DNA from: Azolla caroliniana
Taxonomy: Eukaryota; Plantae; Polypodiophyta
Direction of reading: 5' to 3'
NCBI GenBank assembly: GCA_043228905.1
Contig: JBHGNT010000015.1
Coordinates: forward strand, 15,314,001-15,378,000
Length of the DNA stretch: 64,000 nucleotides
Shown in pieces: positions 1 to 12,031 of the stretch (position 1 is the first letter of the stretch; each line of letters begins with the position of its first letter). The translations under genes and the position numbers were made by a program. The notes beneath the pieces were generated by a model. It ran no database searches and was not told the origin of the DNA. It worked only from the letters and a program-made list of their open reading frames with translations.

Positions 1-499
1 TCTTCACGACAACGCTCTCTCTATTCTTGCACCAACAAGAATCACAACAACTACAAGTTTGCCCTAAGTCATATTTATACTAATATGACTTTTCAGCTAT
101 TTACAAATATAGCCTCGATGGACTCTCAGAAACATATTTACGAATATGTCTCTTCATTCGGTGAGCATTCCTCACCGGGTTTGCACCATCCGGCTCTCCG
201 TAGCCGGGTACTCCTCATCCGGTTCTCACCGGGTCTGCACCATCCGGCTCTCCGTAGCCGGGTACTCTAGTTTGCACCATCTAGCTCTCTGTAGCCGGAT
301 ACTCCTCATCCGGTCTTCACCGGGTCTGCACCATCCGGCTCTCTGTAGGCGGGTACTCCTCATCCGGTCTTCACCGGTTCTGCACCATCCGGCTCTCCGT
401 AGCCGAGTACTCCTCATCCGGTTCTCACCGGCCTCGGCCGAGTTTGCTTATCAACACTGTTCTTCTCCCTTCCCATCTGGAGGGACCTGTCTCCCAACA
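1..499 (-). mobile_element. Ty1/copia-family LTR (runs off the left edge), inserted into the LTR of the non-coding element
   Basis: Ends ...gggacctgtctcccaACA at 499 (TGTTGGGAG on - strand). Homologous to the LTRs at 2011-2635, 12062-12686 and 15190-15801 (shared aagtcatatt/aatatgactt TATA hairpin). Sequence from 500 resumes the LTR seen intact at 13176-13684. Confidence 0.85.
160..432. repeat. ~54-bp tandem repeat, ~5 units, in the U3 region of the LTR
   Basis: ctcctcatccgg recurs at 211, 302, 356 and 410 (period 54, one truncated unit). Confidence 0.85.
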
Positions 500-2638
500 C
501 AATATGAATGCTCTAGGGGGCTTACACCCCTTTGTATCTACCTCCTCTTGTACTATTTAACCCCTTATGGGGAATGAATGAAATATGAATGAACCATTTT
601 TCTCTCTTAATCTCTCTCTCTCTCTTGTCATGTCTCTCTCCCTCTCTCTCTCCCCTTTAACGTTGAACCCCTTGGGAGGGGGGTGGAGCCATTCTAGGCA
701 CCACCCCCCACCCCACAATGCTTCTCAATGCACATGATCTCTCTCGCCATCAATCCCATACTCTCCATCATCATGATAACCACCATGTCTATCTTTATCA
801 TGATTATCATCGTCCTTAACCCTAACCCTAAAACTTATAACACCTTTTGGCGACCACTAAGGCGACCCCCCTTTGGAGACAGAGTCGAAGAATGATACGT
901 GGCGATGCAAGTCAATAATGACAAAATATGCAAGAAATGGTGATGGTGATTGAAAGCCGTCGAGGAATGCAACAAGGTGATGTTGTGCGCAAGGAAGATG
1001 AAGAATGTTACGTGGTGATGATCTGCAAGAAATGGAATTGACAACAATATGCAAAAAATGGCGACCATGATGTGCATGAGAAGCAAGAAATGACAGATTG
1101 ATTATCCATACCATGATTCTGATACAAATTAATGTCTATACAAGTGTATTTTGTTTGACATGTGATTGGTCTTTTTGGTGTGGATCTGATCGCAAAGAAA
1201 GATGAAAAAAGCAAGGGAGAAATAAAGCCTATGATCTATGTGAGACCCAACCACCACATGATGTATCTTCCAAAGATGCGAGAGTGCATTTCTATCCACA
1301 TATGACCGGACACACATGGCTAGAAAGCAAACGATTGGACCAAAGGGAATTGTTGGAACAAAGATGGAGAAGGCAATTAAGAAAGCGGAAGAAATACAAA
1401 CCGACGCGGAAAGACACGACTAGTCAGATGGCCGGGAACAAGGAACCAGAAGTACAACCAAATGGGCAAAACTCGCCGGAATGGCCAGACAACGGGCAAG
1501 AGTGGCCGGAGTGACCGGATAGCAGCCGAAGTGTCTAAGTGGCTAGACAACAGTCGGAGCGACCGTAGAGAGGTCGGAATGGCCGAATAACGGCCAGACA
1601 ACGGCTGAAGAGCAACCGGGCAACAGTTTGAGCGGTTGGAGAGCGGTCGGAATAACCGGATGCAGACAGGCGGCCGGGACGACGAACCGGATGCACGACC
1701 GAAAGACGACGGACAACAACCGAACTGACTGCCGGAAAACCGACGGAGAGCAGGTCGACGAGCAGAGGAATAAATGGCTCGAAACGACACAGAAGAAGAA
1801 GAAGAAGAAGAAACAGAGGGGAGAAAGAGATAACAAGATGAGCATGATTTAAGACAAATAGACAGAGATCAAATAGATTGGAAGAGGATGAAGAGGAAGA
1901 TAGAAGCCTTTCTCTTGAAGAGAAGAAAGCTAACGAATCGCAAGAAGGCGGGAAGAAGAGAAAGATGCAGACAACGGCAAGAGAGAAACGTAAGAAGCAG
2001 AGAAGAAGACTGTTGAGAACTTGACGTTCCTGTTGTCCGACGCTCGGCCACAACCGAGCTTCTTTACATACATAGAAAAACAGGTAATGAAACGCGACAC
2101 AAAAAAAAAAAGGAGAAATGGTACACAGGAGGTATACGTGGAAAACCCCAAAATAGGGGAAAAACCACGGCAGCCCACAAGCTGCAAACTGTCGCTATGT
2201 AGAAATATACAACAGTGAGATCACTAAGGCAACGACCTCGTGCTCTCAGATCTTCGCCACAGGCGGCGGTTACAACAGAGGCAACGACCTCGTCTCTCTC
2301 TCTCTCTCTCTCTCTGTACAGTTACGCGCTCTGATTTCTTCTTGCACCAACAAGGAAGAATAATTAATCACAAGAATGACAACACACCTAAAAGTTTGCC
2401 CTAAGTCATATTTATACTAATATGACTTTTCGGCTATTTACAAATGTAGCCTCGATGGGCTCCATCCAGCTCTTCGGAGTCGGGTTCTCCTCATCCGGTT
2501 CATACCGGGCCTACACCATCCGACTCTCCGAAGTCGGGTTTTCCCCATTCGGTTCATACCGTTTCGGCCTCGGCCGAGTTTGTTCGTCGGCACTGTTCTT
2601 CTCCCTTCCCATCCGAAGGGACCTGTCTACCAACAAAC

Positions 2639-5600
2639 TGTTGGGATTACGGTCCCTTCACATGGGATGGTCGGATATCGGAGATGAATGCCGACAAGCC
2701 CGGTTTCGGTTTCGGATCTGGATGACGAAGACCCCGGTTTCGGTACCGGATGACGAATGTACCCGGAGAGCGATCCGGATGCAGGGACATATCCGTGAAT
2801 ATGTTCGCTATGGGCCCCTGAGGCTACAGTTGTAAATAGCCCAAAGTCATATAAGTATAAATATGACTTAGGGCAAATAGTTTAGAAGTTGCTTCTTATT
2901 TTTCTGTTTTTTCCACTCAAGAGGAGTGAAGTGTAAGCAGCCGTGAGAGAGAGAGAGATAGAGCGCGAGAGAGGAAGAGGTAGACGCCTCTGTGTATTTC
3001 CGTCGCCTGTGGCGAGGACAGCGAGCTCAAGGTCGTCGCCTTGTAGCTCGCCATTGTATACTTCTCTGTATAGTGTTGGTTTGGAGTCTTGTACTCCCGT
3101 GGTTTTTCCCGTATAGGGTTTTCCACGTTAATCCCTGTGTACTCGCGTTTTGTTTCTCTGTGTGGTTCCTATTTTCTGCTCCATCGATTCGCGCTTACTC
3201 GGTTGTGGCCGAGCGGTGAAGGTGAATAGAAGCGTCTATTCCTTACAAACTGGTATCAGAGCGACTGTTGCAGAAAATGGAAGGCGGCGGCAGCGGGCAG
3301 CCGGGGATGATGGTGCTGAATGCACAGAATTACGCCGACTGGAAGATCAAGATGGAGGATCTTCTGATTGTTCGGGACCTGTACGAACCGATTGACAGGT
3401 CGGAAATACCGAAGGGGGTACTTGAGTCGGAGTGGAAGCTCCTGAACCGGAAAGTCGTAGCGACGATCCGACAATATGTCGATGTAAGCGTCCTACAACA
3501 TGTGGCGAACGACACCAACGCATATGAGATGTGGAAGAAGCTGTCGGGCCTCTACGAGAGGAAGAATGCGTTGAACCGGACCTCCCTGATGAGGAAGATA
3601 GTGAACCTCAAGTACCGGGACGGCGAGAGTATGGTTGAACACGTAAGCACGTTCATGGGATTCGTGAACCAGCTTGCGGCGATTAAGTTCCCGTTGGAGG
3701 ATGCAATGCAAGCCATCATCCTGATGTGTACATTGCCAGAAAGCTGGGAGAACTTGGTGGTGACTCTCAGCACCTCCTGCACCGAAGATAACTTGTCCTT
3801 ACAGACGGTAAAGACAAGTATTTTGAATGAAGAAGCGCGTCGGAGAGATAAGGAACCGGCCTCCGACCCGAAGATGTTGTTTACCGAATCGGATCGGGGA
3901 AGACAATGGAACCGGAGTCCGCAAAGACGGGAGAAGTCGGGGACCCGGTCGCAGTCAAGAGGAAGGCCCACATGCTTCCACTGTGGGAAGCCGGGGCACT
4001 TCCGAAAGAATTGTCGGCATTACCGAAAAGACAATGGAACCGACAACACCGATTCGAAGAAGTCACCGGAGAGAAACGGTGCATACCGGGGAGCCACGGA
4101 CCGGAATGGTTCGGATCGGCGAGGACAGGACCGGAAAAGAACGACGGCACTCGCGGCAAGTGAAGAGGAGATCATGCTCATCACCGAAGAAGGTGAACTA
4201 AACATTGCCGGCGATGAGACGACCTGGGTGGTCGATTCCGGAGCATCGTTCCACCTGACCCCGGAGAGAAGATACTTCTCATCCTACATAGCCGGCGAGC
4301 ATGGCTGTGTTCGGATGGGAAACGAAGGTACGTGCCGGATTGCCGGCATAGGAGACGTGTGGTTGACAACCCCGACCGGATGCAAAATGCTGCTGAAGAA
4401 TGTCCGACACGTTCCGGAGGTCCGACTGAACCTGATTTCGGCCGGGAGGCTAGATGATGAAGGCTACACGGGTAGCATCCGGAACGGTGTCATGAAGTTC
4501 AGCAAGGGGAGCTTGATAGTGGCTCGGGCCCGGAAGGTCAACACACTGTACCTGATGAATGCCCGGTTATGTCCGGAAGAGCTGAATGTGGCAGCCGACA
4601 CTGCCGGTGAGCTGTGGCACAAAAGACTGTGCCACATGAGTGAGAAGGGGATGAAGAGGCTTGCAGAAGACAACCTTATTCCGGTGAAGCATGTGCACCT
4701 AGAGAAGTGCACCGACTGCCTGGCCGGTAAGCAGAACCGAACCTCCTTCCACTCAAGGCCACTGACGAGACGTAGCGCACCATTGGAGTTGGTGCACACC
4801 GACGTGTGTCAGGTAGAAACGAAGTCACATGGCGGAGCCCAGTACTTCGTAACTTTCATAGATGATCACAGCCGAAGACTGTGGACGGCACCGTTGAAGA
4901 CAAAGGACCAAGTGCTGTGCGTCTTCAAAGAACTCCACGCGAGAGTGGAAAGGGAATCCGGCAAGAAGCTGAAAGCGATACGAGCGGATAACGGAGGGGA
5001 ATACCGGGGGCAGTTCCAGGAGTACTGTCGCTCGAAGGGAATCCGGCTCGAGTTTACTGTGCCGAAGACGCCGGAACTGAACGGGCTGGCCGAGAGGATG
5101 AACCGGACCATAATGGAGAGGGTTCGGAGTATGCTGGCGCATGCGAAATTACCCAAGGGGTTTTGGGCTGAGGCAATGTCGACGGCGACATATGTAATAA
5201 ACCGATCACCCTCAGTACCTTTGGACGGAGACACGCCGCAGAGAGTGTGGACCGGTAGGGAAGTATCCTACCGGCATCTGAAGGTGTTCGGGTGTCTCGC
5301 ATACGTGCACGTGGCGAAGGACCGGAGAGGAAAGCTAGATCCGAAGACCCGGCCATGCATATTCCTCGGTTACGGCGACGACGAGTTCGGCTACCGAGTA
5401 TGGGACCCGGTCGACAAGAAGATATTCAGGAGTCGAGATATCGTCTTTATGGAGGACAAGACACTCGCCGACTGGGAGTCGGAGAAGAAGATGAAGAGCT
5501 CCAAGTCGACCGGTGAGGATAAACTCCACGAGGAGCAGTCCCGACCGGCAAGGGACCGGTTAGCACTCGAGGACCCGGCCGAAGACGGTGAAGAAACAGA

Positions 5601-7972
5601 ACCGGCCGAAGAAGATGAAAATGATACCGGAACCGGCCCCGATCCCGAAATGGATTCGGATGAAGAAGAAGAATCGGAAGAACCGGTTACCGAAGCTCCG
5701 AAACGGAGATACCCTCAAAGAGAGAGAAGGGCCCCCCGGAGATTTCCGGAACCAGAGCACGTGTTGCTAACCAACGAGGGGGAGCCGGAGAGCTTTGAGG
5801 AAGCAAAACATGACACCCAGAGCCGCAGGTGGTTGAGTGCCATGCAGGACGAGATGGATTCCCTGCATGAGAACCACACATATGAACTTGTGGAGTTGCC
5901 GAAAGGAAAGCGGGCACTTCGAAACAAGTGGGTGTTCAAGCTGAAACCGGGAGATGCCGGAAACCCCCCGAGATACCAAGCCAGGATCGTGGTGAAGGGG
6001 TTTCAGCAGAAGAAGGGCGTCGACTTCGACGAGATATTTGCCCCGGTAGTGAAGATGACCTCCATCCGGACGGTGCTGAGCATAGCGGCAAGCATGGACC
6101 TCGAGGTAGAACAGATGGACGTGAAGACGGCATTCCTTCACGGCGACCTCGATGAAGAGATCTACATGCAGCAACCGGAAGGATTCGAGAAGAAAGGGAA
6201 GGAGCACCTGGTATGCCGGTTGAAGAAGAGCCTTTACGGACTGAAGCAGGCTCCCCGGCAATGGTACCGGAAGTTCGACTCCTTCATGACCGACGAAGGG
6301 TACCTCAAAACGCAGTCCGATCACTACGTGTTTGTGAAGAAGTTCGAAGGAGGAGACTTTCTAATACTCCTCCTGTACGTGGACGACATGTTGATCGTCG
6401 GACGGGACCAGGTCAAGATCCGGATGCTGAAGAAGGCTCTTCACCGAACCTTCTCAATGAAGGACCTGGGTCCGGCGAGACAAATACTAGGGATGCACAT
6501 CATCCGGGACCGGAGCAAGAAGCAGTTGTGGCTTTCACAGGAGAAGTACGTGACGAAGGTGCTTCACCGGTTCAACATGTCGGAAGCAAGACCGGTCGGA
6601 TCGACCCTCCCGACAAACTGCAAGTTGTCCAGCAAGCAAAGCCCCAAGACAAAGGCTGAAAAGGAGGATATGATGAAAGTGCCGTATGCCTCAGCCGTCG
6701 GGAGCTTGATGTACGCCATGGTGTGTACGAGACCGGACATCGGACATGCAGTCGGAGTGGTGAGCCGGTACATGAGCAATCCCGGCAAAGAGCATTGGAA
6801 CGCGGCCAAGTGGATACTCCGATACCTGAAGGGCACGGCAAACGTGTGCCTCCGATTCGGCTCCGGTAAGCCCGAACTCGACGGCTTCACCGATTCGGAT
6901 ATGTCGGCTGATGCAGATACCAGCCGGTCCACATCAGGGTATGTGATGACGTATGCAGGGGGAGCTGTTTCATGGCAGTCGAGGCTGCAGAAGACGGTTG
7001 CGCTGTCAACCACGGAGGCGGAGTACATGGCGGCTGTTGAAGCCGGCAAGGAAATAATATGGATGAAGGACTTCATTAGAGAGCTCGGTATCCGACAGGA
7101 GGAGTACCGACTCTACTGCGACAGTCAGAGTGCAATCCACCTTGCGAAGAACGCGGCCTATCACTCCCGGACGAAGCACATCCAGCGAAGATATCACTGG
7201 ATCCGGGAAAGGATAGAAGACAAGGAGTTCGTGCTGACGAAGATCCACACGGACGAGAACGGGTCGGATATGCTGACCAAGGTCCTCACACCCGACAAGC
7301 TGGAAGCATGCCGGAAGAGGATCGGATTGGAGAGACATCCCATGCCGAAGTGAAGGGGGAGTTTGTTGGGATTACGGTCCCTTCACATGGGATGGTCGGA
7401 TATCGGAGATGAATGCCGACAAGCCCGGTTTCGGTTTCGGATCCGGATGACGAAGACCCCGGTTTCGGTACCGGATGACGAATGTACCCGGAGAGCGATC
7501 CGGATGCAGGGACATATCCGTGAATATGTTCGCTATGGGCCCCTGAGGCTACAGTTGTAAATAGCCCAAAGTCATATAAGTATAAATATGACTTAGGGCA
7601 AATAGTTTAGAAGTTGCTTCTTATTTTTCTGTTTTTTCCACTCAAGAGGAGTGAAGTGTAAGCAGCCGTGAGAGAGAGAGAGATAGAGCGCGAGAGAGGA
7701 AGAGGTAGACGCCTCTGTGTATTTCCGCCGCCTGTGGCGAGGACAGCGAGCTCAAGGTCGTCGCCTTGCAGCTCGCCATTGTATACTTCTCTGTATAGTG
7801 TTGGTTTGGAGCCTTGTACTCCCGTGGTTTTTCCCGTATAGGGTTTTCCATGTTAATCCCTGTGTACTCGCGTTTTGTTTCTCTGTGTGGTTCCTATTTT
7901 CTGCTCCATCGATTCGCGCTTACTCGGTTGTGGCCGAGCGGTGAAGGTGAATAGAAGTGTCTATTCCTTACA
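2639..7972 (+). mobile_element. Ty1/copia LTR retrotransposon B, structurally intact
   Basis: 609-bp LTRs 2639-3247 and 7364-7972 (~6 C/T differences). TSD CAAAC at 2634-2638 and 7973-7977. PBS TGGTATCAGAGC at 3251-3262. PPT gaagggggag at ~7352-7361. Confidence 0.97.
3277..7353 (+). CDS. Copia B gag-pol polyprotein (~1358 aa), uninterrupted
   Basis: First ATG at 3277. UBN2-type gag, CCHC knuckle (CFHCGKPGHFRKNC), PR DSGAS, IN, RT YVDDML, RNase H in copia order PR-IN-RT-RH. Confidence 0.95.
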   Translation: MEGGGSGQPGMMVLNAQNYADWKIKMEDLLIVRDLYEPIDRSEIPKGVLESEWKLLNRKVVATIRQYVDVSVLQHVANDTNAYEMWKKLSGLYERKNALNRTSLMRKIVNLKYRDGESMVEHVSTFMGFVNQLAAIKFPLEDAMQAIILMCTLPESWENLVVTLSTSCTEDNLSLQTVKTSILNEEARRRDKEPASDPKMLFTESDRGRQWNRSPQRREKSGTRSQSRGRPTCFHCGKPGHFRKNCRHYRKDNGTDNTDSKKSPERNGAYRGATDRNGSDRRGQDRKRTTALAASEEEIMLITEEGELNIAGDETTWVVDSGASFHLTPERRYFSSYIAGEHGCVRMGNEGTCRIAGIGDVWLTTPTGCKMLLKNVRHVPEVRLNLISAGRLDDEGYTGSIRNGVMKFSKGSLIVARARKVNTLYLMNARLCPEELNVAADTAGELWHKRLCHMSEKGMKRLAEDNLIPVKHVHLEKCTDCLAGKQNRTSFHSRPLTRRSAPLELVHTDVCQVETKSHGGAQYFVTFIDDHSRRLWTAPLKTKDQVLCVFKELHARVERESGKKLKAIRADNGGEYRGQFQEYCRSKGIRLEFTVPKTPELNGLAERMNRTIMERVRSMLAHAKLPKGFWAEAMSTATYVINRSPSVPLDGDTPQRVWTGREVSYRHLKVFGCLAYVHVAKDRRGKLDPKTRPCIFLGYGDDEFGYRVWDPVDKKIFRSRDIVFMEDKTLADWESEKKMKSSKSTGEDKLHEEQSRPARDRLALEDPAEDGEETEPAEEDENDTGTGPDPEMDSDEEEESEEPVTEAPKRRYPQRERRAPRRFPEPEHVLLTNEGEPESFEEAKHDTQSRRWLSAMQDEMDSLHENHTYELVELPKGKRALRNKWVFKLKPGDAGNPPRYQARIVVKGFQQKKGVDFDEIFAPVVKMTSIRTVLSIAASMDLEVEQMDVKTAFLHGDLDEEIYMQQPEGFEKKGKEHLVCRLKKSLYGLKQAPRQWYRKFDSFMTDEGYLKTQSDHYVFVKKFEGGDFLILLLYVDDMLIVGRDQVKIRMLKKALHRTFSMKDLGPARQILGMHIIRDRSKKQLWLSQEKYVTKVLHRFNMSEARPVGSTLPTNCKLSSKQSPKTKAEKEDMMKVPYASAVGSLMYAMVCTRPDIGHAVGVVSRYMSNPGKEHWNAAKWILRYLKGTANVCLRFGSGKPELDGFTDSDMSADADTSRSTSGYVMTYAGGAVSWQSRLQKTVALSTTEAEYMAAVEAGKEIIWMKDFIRELGIRQEEYRLYCDSQSAIHLAKNAAYHSRTKHIQRRYHWIRERIEDKEFVLTKIHTDENGSDMLTKVLTPDKLEACRKRIGLERHPMPK

Positions 7973-7984
7973 CAAACTCCCCCT

Positions 7985-10900
7985 TCACTCCGGCATGGGG
8001 TGTCTTTCCAGCCCGATCCTCTTCCGGCATGCGTCCAGCTTGTCGGGTGTCAGCACTTTGGTCAGCATATCTGACCCGTTCTCGGCCGTGTGGATCTTCG
8101 CCAATGTGAACTCCTGGTCATCTACCCTTTCCCGGATCCAGTGATACCTCCGCTGGATATGCTTTGTCCGGGAATGGTAGGCCGCATTCTTAGCAAGGTG
8201 GATGGCACTTTGACTGTCGCAGTAGAGTCGGTATTCCTCTTGCCGGATACCGAGCTCCCCGATGAAGTCCTTCATCCATAATATTTCCTTGCCGGCTTCC
8301 ACAGCCGCCATGTACTCCGCCTCTGTGGTTGACAATGCAACCGTCTTCTGCAGCCTCGACTGCCATGAGATAGCTCCCCCTGCATATGTCATCACATACC
8401 CGGATGTAGACCGGCTGGTATCCACATCAGCCGACATGTCTGAATCGGTGAAACCGTCCAGTTGAGGTTTTCCGGTGCCGAATCGGAGACTCATATTTGA
8501 AGTGCCCTTCAAATACCGGAGTATCCACTTGACCGCGTTCCAATGCTCCTTGTCGGGATTACTCATGAACCGGCTCACCACTCCGACTGCGTATCCAATG
8601 TCTGGTCGGGTACAAACCATTGCGTACATCAAGCTCCCGACGGCAGAGGCATATGGAATCTTCATCATATCTGCCTTCTCTCCTTTTGTCTTCGGGCTTT
8701 GCTTGCCGGACAACTTGTAGTTTGCTGGAAATGTCGATTCGACCGGTTTTGCATCTGACATGTTGAACCGGTGAAGCACCTTCGTCACATACTTCTCCTG
8801 TGATAGCCATAGTTGCTTCACTGACCGGTCCCGAATGATGTGCATCCCCAACATCTGTCTTGCCGGACCCAAGTCCTTCATTGAGAAGTTCCGGTTGAGA
8901 GCCTTCTTCAGCATCCGTATTTTTCCTTGGTCTCGTCCGACGATCAACATGTCATCCACGTACAGGAGGAGTATCAGGAAGTCCCCTCCTTCGAACTTCT
9001 TCACAAACACGCAGTGATCGGCCTGCGTCTTGTAATACCCTTGATCGGTCATGAAGGAGTCGAACTTCCGATACCATTGCCGGGGAGCCTGCTTCAGTCC
9101 GTACAGGCTCTTCTTCAACCGGCATACCAGGTGCTCCTTCCCTTTCTCCACAAATCCTTCCGGTTGCTGCATGTAGATTTCCTCATCGAGGTCGCCGTGG
9201 AGGAATGTCGTGTTCACGTCCAGCTGCTCTACCTCGAGATCCATGCTTGCTGCTATACTCAGCACCGTCCGGATGGAGGTCATCTTTACTACCGGGGCGA
9301 ATATTTCGTCGAAGTCCACGCCCTTCTTCTGCTGGAACCCCTTCACCACGATCCTGGCTTTGTATCTCGGGGGGTTGCCGGCATCTCCCGGTTTCAACTT
9401 GAACACCCACTTGTTTCGGAGTGCCCGCTTTTCTTTCGGCAGCTCCACCAATTCGTACGTATGGTTCTCATGCAGGGAATCCATCTCATCCTGCATGGCA
9501 CTTAACCATTTTCGGTTGTGGGTGTCTTCCTTCGCTTCTTCGAAGCTTTCCGGCTCCCCCTCATCGGTCAGCAAGACATGCTCTGCATCCGGAAATCTCC
9601 GGGGTGCCCTTCTCTCTCTGAGAGGATATCTACGTCTTCGGGCTTCGGTAATCGGTTCCTCCATTTGCTCTTCATCCGAATCCGATTCGGGGTCTTGACC
9701 GGTTCCGGTCTCAGCTTCCTCTACTTCTTCTTCTGCCGGTTCGGTATCCTCACCGTAACCGGCTGGTTCCTCGAGTGCTAATCGGTCTCTTGCCGGTTGG
9801 GTCTGCTCATTGTAGAGTCTATCCTTACCGGTCGACTCGGAATTCACTATCTTCTTCTCCGACTCCCAGTCGGCGAGCGTCTTGTCCTCCATGAAGATAA
9901 TATCTCGACTCCGGAGTATCTTCTTGTCGACCGGGTCCCACACTCGGTAGCCGAACTCATCGTCACCGTAAACGAGGAATATGCATGGCCGGGTCTTTGG
10001 ATCTAGCTTTCCTCTCCGGTCCTTTGCTACATGCACATACGCGAGACACCCGAACACCCTTAGATGCCGGTAGGACACTTCCTTACCGGTCCATACTCTC
10101 TGTGGCGTGTCTCCGTCTAGGGGTACTGAGGGTGATCTGTTTATCACATATGTCGCCGTCGACAGTGCCTCAGCCCAAAACTTCTTGGGTAGTTTTGCAT
10201 GCGCTAGCATACTCCGGACCCTCTCCATTATGGTCCGGTTCATCCTCTCGGCCAGTGCGTTTAGCTCCGGCGTCTTCGGCACGGTAAATTCGAGCCGGAT
10301 TCCCTTCGAGCGGCAGTACTCCTCGAACTGCCCCCGGTACTCACCTCCGTTATCTGCTCGAACCGCCTTCAGCTTCCGGCCGATTTCTCTTTCCACTCTC
10401 GCGTGGAGCTCTTTGAAGACGGATAACACCTGATCCTTCGTCTTCAGCGGTGTGGCCCACAGCTTCCGACTGTGGTCATCTATGAACGTCACGAAGTACT
10501 GCGCTCCGGCATGTGACTTCGTGTCTACTTGACAAACATCCGTATGCACCAACTCCAGTGGTGCATTACGTCTCATCGGTGGCCTTGGTCGGAAGGAGGT
10601 CCGGTTCTGCTTACCGGCCAGACAATCAGTGCACTTCTCTAAATGCACGTTCTTCACTGGGATGAGGTTGTCGTCTGCAAGCCTCTTCATCCCCTTCTCA
10701 CTCATGTGACATAGCCTCTTGTGCCACAGCTCACCGGTAGTGTCGGAAGCCACGTTCACTTCTTCCGGACATAACCGGGTATTCATCAGGTACAGTGTGT
10801 TTACCTTCCGAGCCCGAGCCACAATCAGGCTCCCTTTGCTGAACTTCATGACACCGTTCCGGATGCTACCCGTGTAGCCTTCATCATCTAGCCGACCGGC

Positions 10901-12031
10901 TGATATCAGGTTCAGACGAACTTCCGGAACGTGTCGGACATCTTTCAACAGCAACTTGCATCCGGTTGGTGTTGTCAGCCACACATCTCCTATGCCGACA
11001 ATTCGGCATGTTCCTTCATTCCCCATCCGGACATAGCCGTGATCACCGGCTGAGTAGGATGAGAAGCATTTCCGGTCCGGGGTAAGGTGGAACGACGCTC
11101 CGGAGTCTACCACCCAGGTCATCTCATCGCCGGCATGGTTTATCTCACTCTCCTCGATGATGAGCATCAACTCCTCGTCACTTGCCGCAATTGCCGTCGT
11201 TCCCTTCCGGTCCGGCCCCCTCCGGTCTTTACCGTTCCGGTTCGGGGTTTGCTTCGAATCGGTATCGTCGGTTTCCTTGTCTTTACGAAAATGCCGACAG
11301 TTCTTTTGGAAGTGTCACGGCTTGCCGCAATAGAAGCAAGTAGGCCTCCCCCTTGACTTTGATCGTGTCCCCGACTTCTCCTGGTTCTGGGGACTACGGT
11401 TTCTATGTCTTCCGCGTTCCGATTCGGTAAGGAGCGCTTTGGAGTCGGAGCTCGTATCTTTGTCTTTCCGACGAGCCTCCTCATCTAGCAAGCTCGACTT
11501 TACTCTTGCTAGGGATAGCCGTTTTCCTTCCGGCCCGGCGTTGCCCAAAGTAACAACTAACGTCTCCCAGCTATCCGAGAGGGAACCGAGCATGAGTAGC
11601 GCTAGGACCTCATCGGCAAGAGGTACTTCCAATGACGTTGCCTGGTGAATCAACCCCTGGAAGGCATTCATATGCTCCGCCATGCTGGAGCCATCTTGGT
11701 ACCGGAGTCTTACAAGCTTCCGGAATACCGACGCCTGATTGACAGCATTTTTGTTCTGGAACATCATGCCGATCTTCTCCCAGAGCTCATGAGCTTTGCT
11801 CCCTTCATTGAAGTTGTTGTACAGGCTCATGTCGATGAAGCACCGTATGTACGCCGTTGTCTTCATGTGCATCACCTCCCATATCGCGGCATCGATTTTG
11901 TCCGGTCTCTTGTCCCCGAACTGAACCGGCAGCCAGAGGTCTTTAACCACGAGCATGTCCCTCATCTTCGACTTCCACACTGAATAGTTGGAGCCGGTGA
12001 GCTTGAACATGCCGCCAAACGATTCGTCCAT
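7985..12031 (-). pseudogene. Copia A gag-pol polyprotein with a single in-frame stop in the zinc knuckle
   Basis: ATG 12031 (MDESFGG). GGA>TGA at 11315-11317 in CFYCGKP*HFQKNC. Downstream ORF 7985-11170 is in the same frame: PR (VVDSGAS), GAG-pre-IN, IN (HTDVC, DNGGEY), RT (YVDDML), RNase H. Confidence 0.92.

Noticed and set aside
11315-11317. Programmed gag-pol stop readthrough in copia A
   Set aside because: The stop replaces the conserved Gly inside the CCHC knuckle and sister B has a sense codon, so it is a nonsense mutation.
3330-11983. Numerous antisense and alternate-frame ORFs over copia pol
   Set aside because: Shadows of GC-rich coding sequence with no independent motifs.
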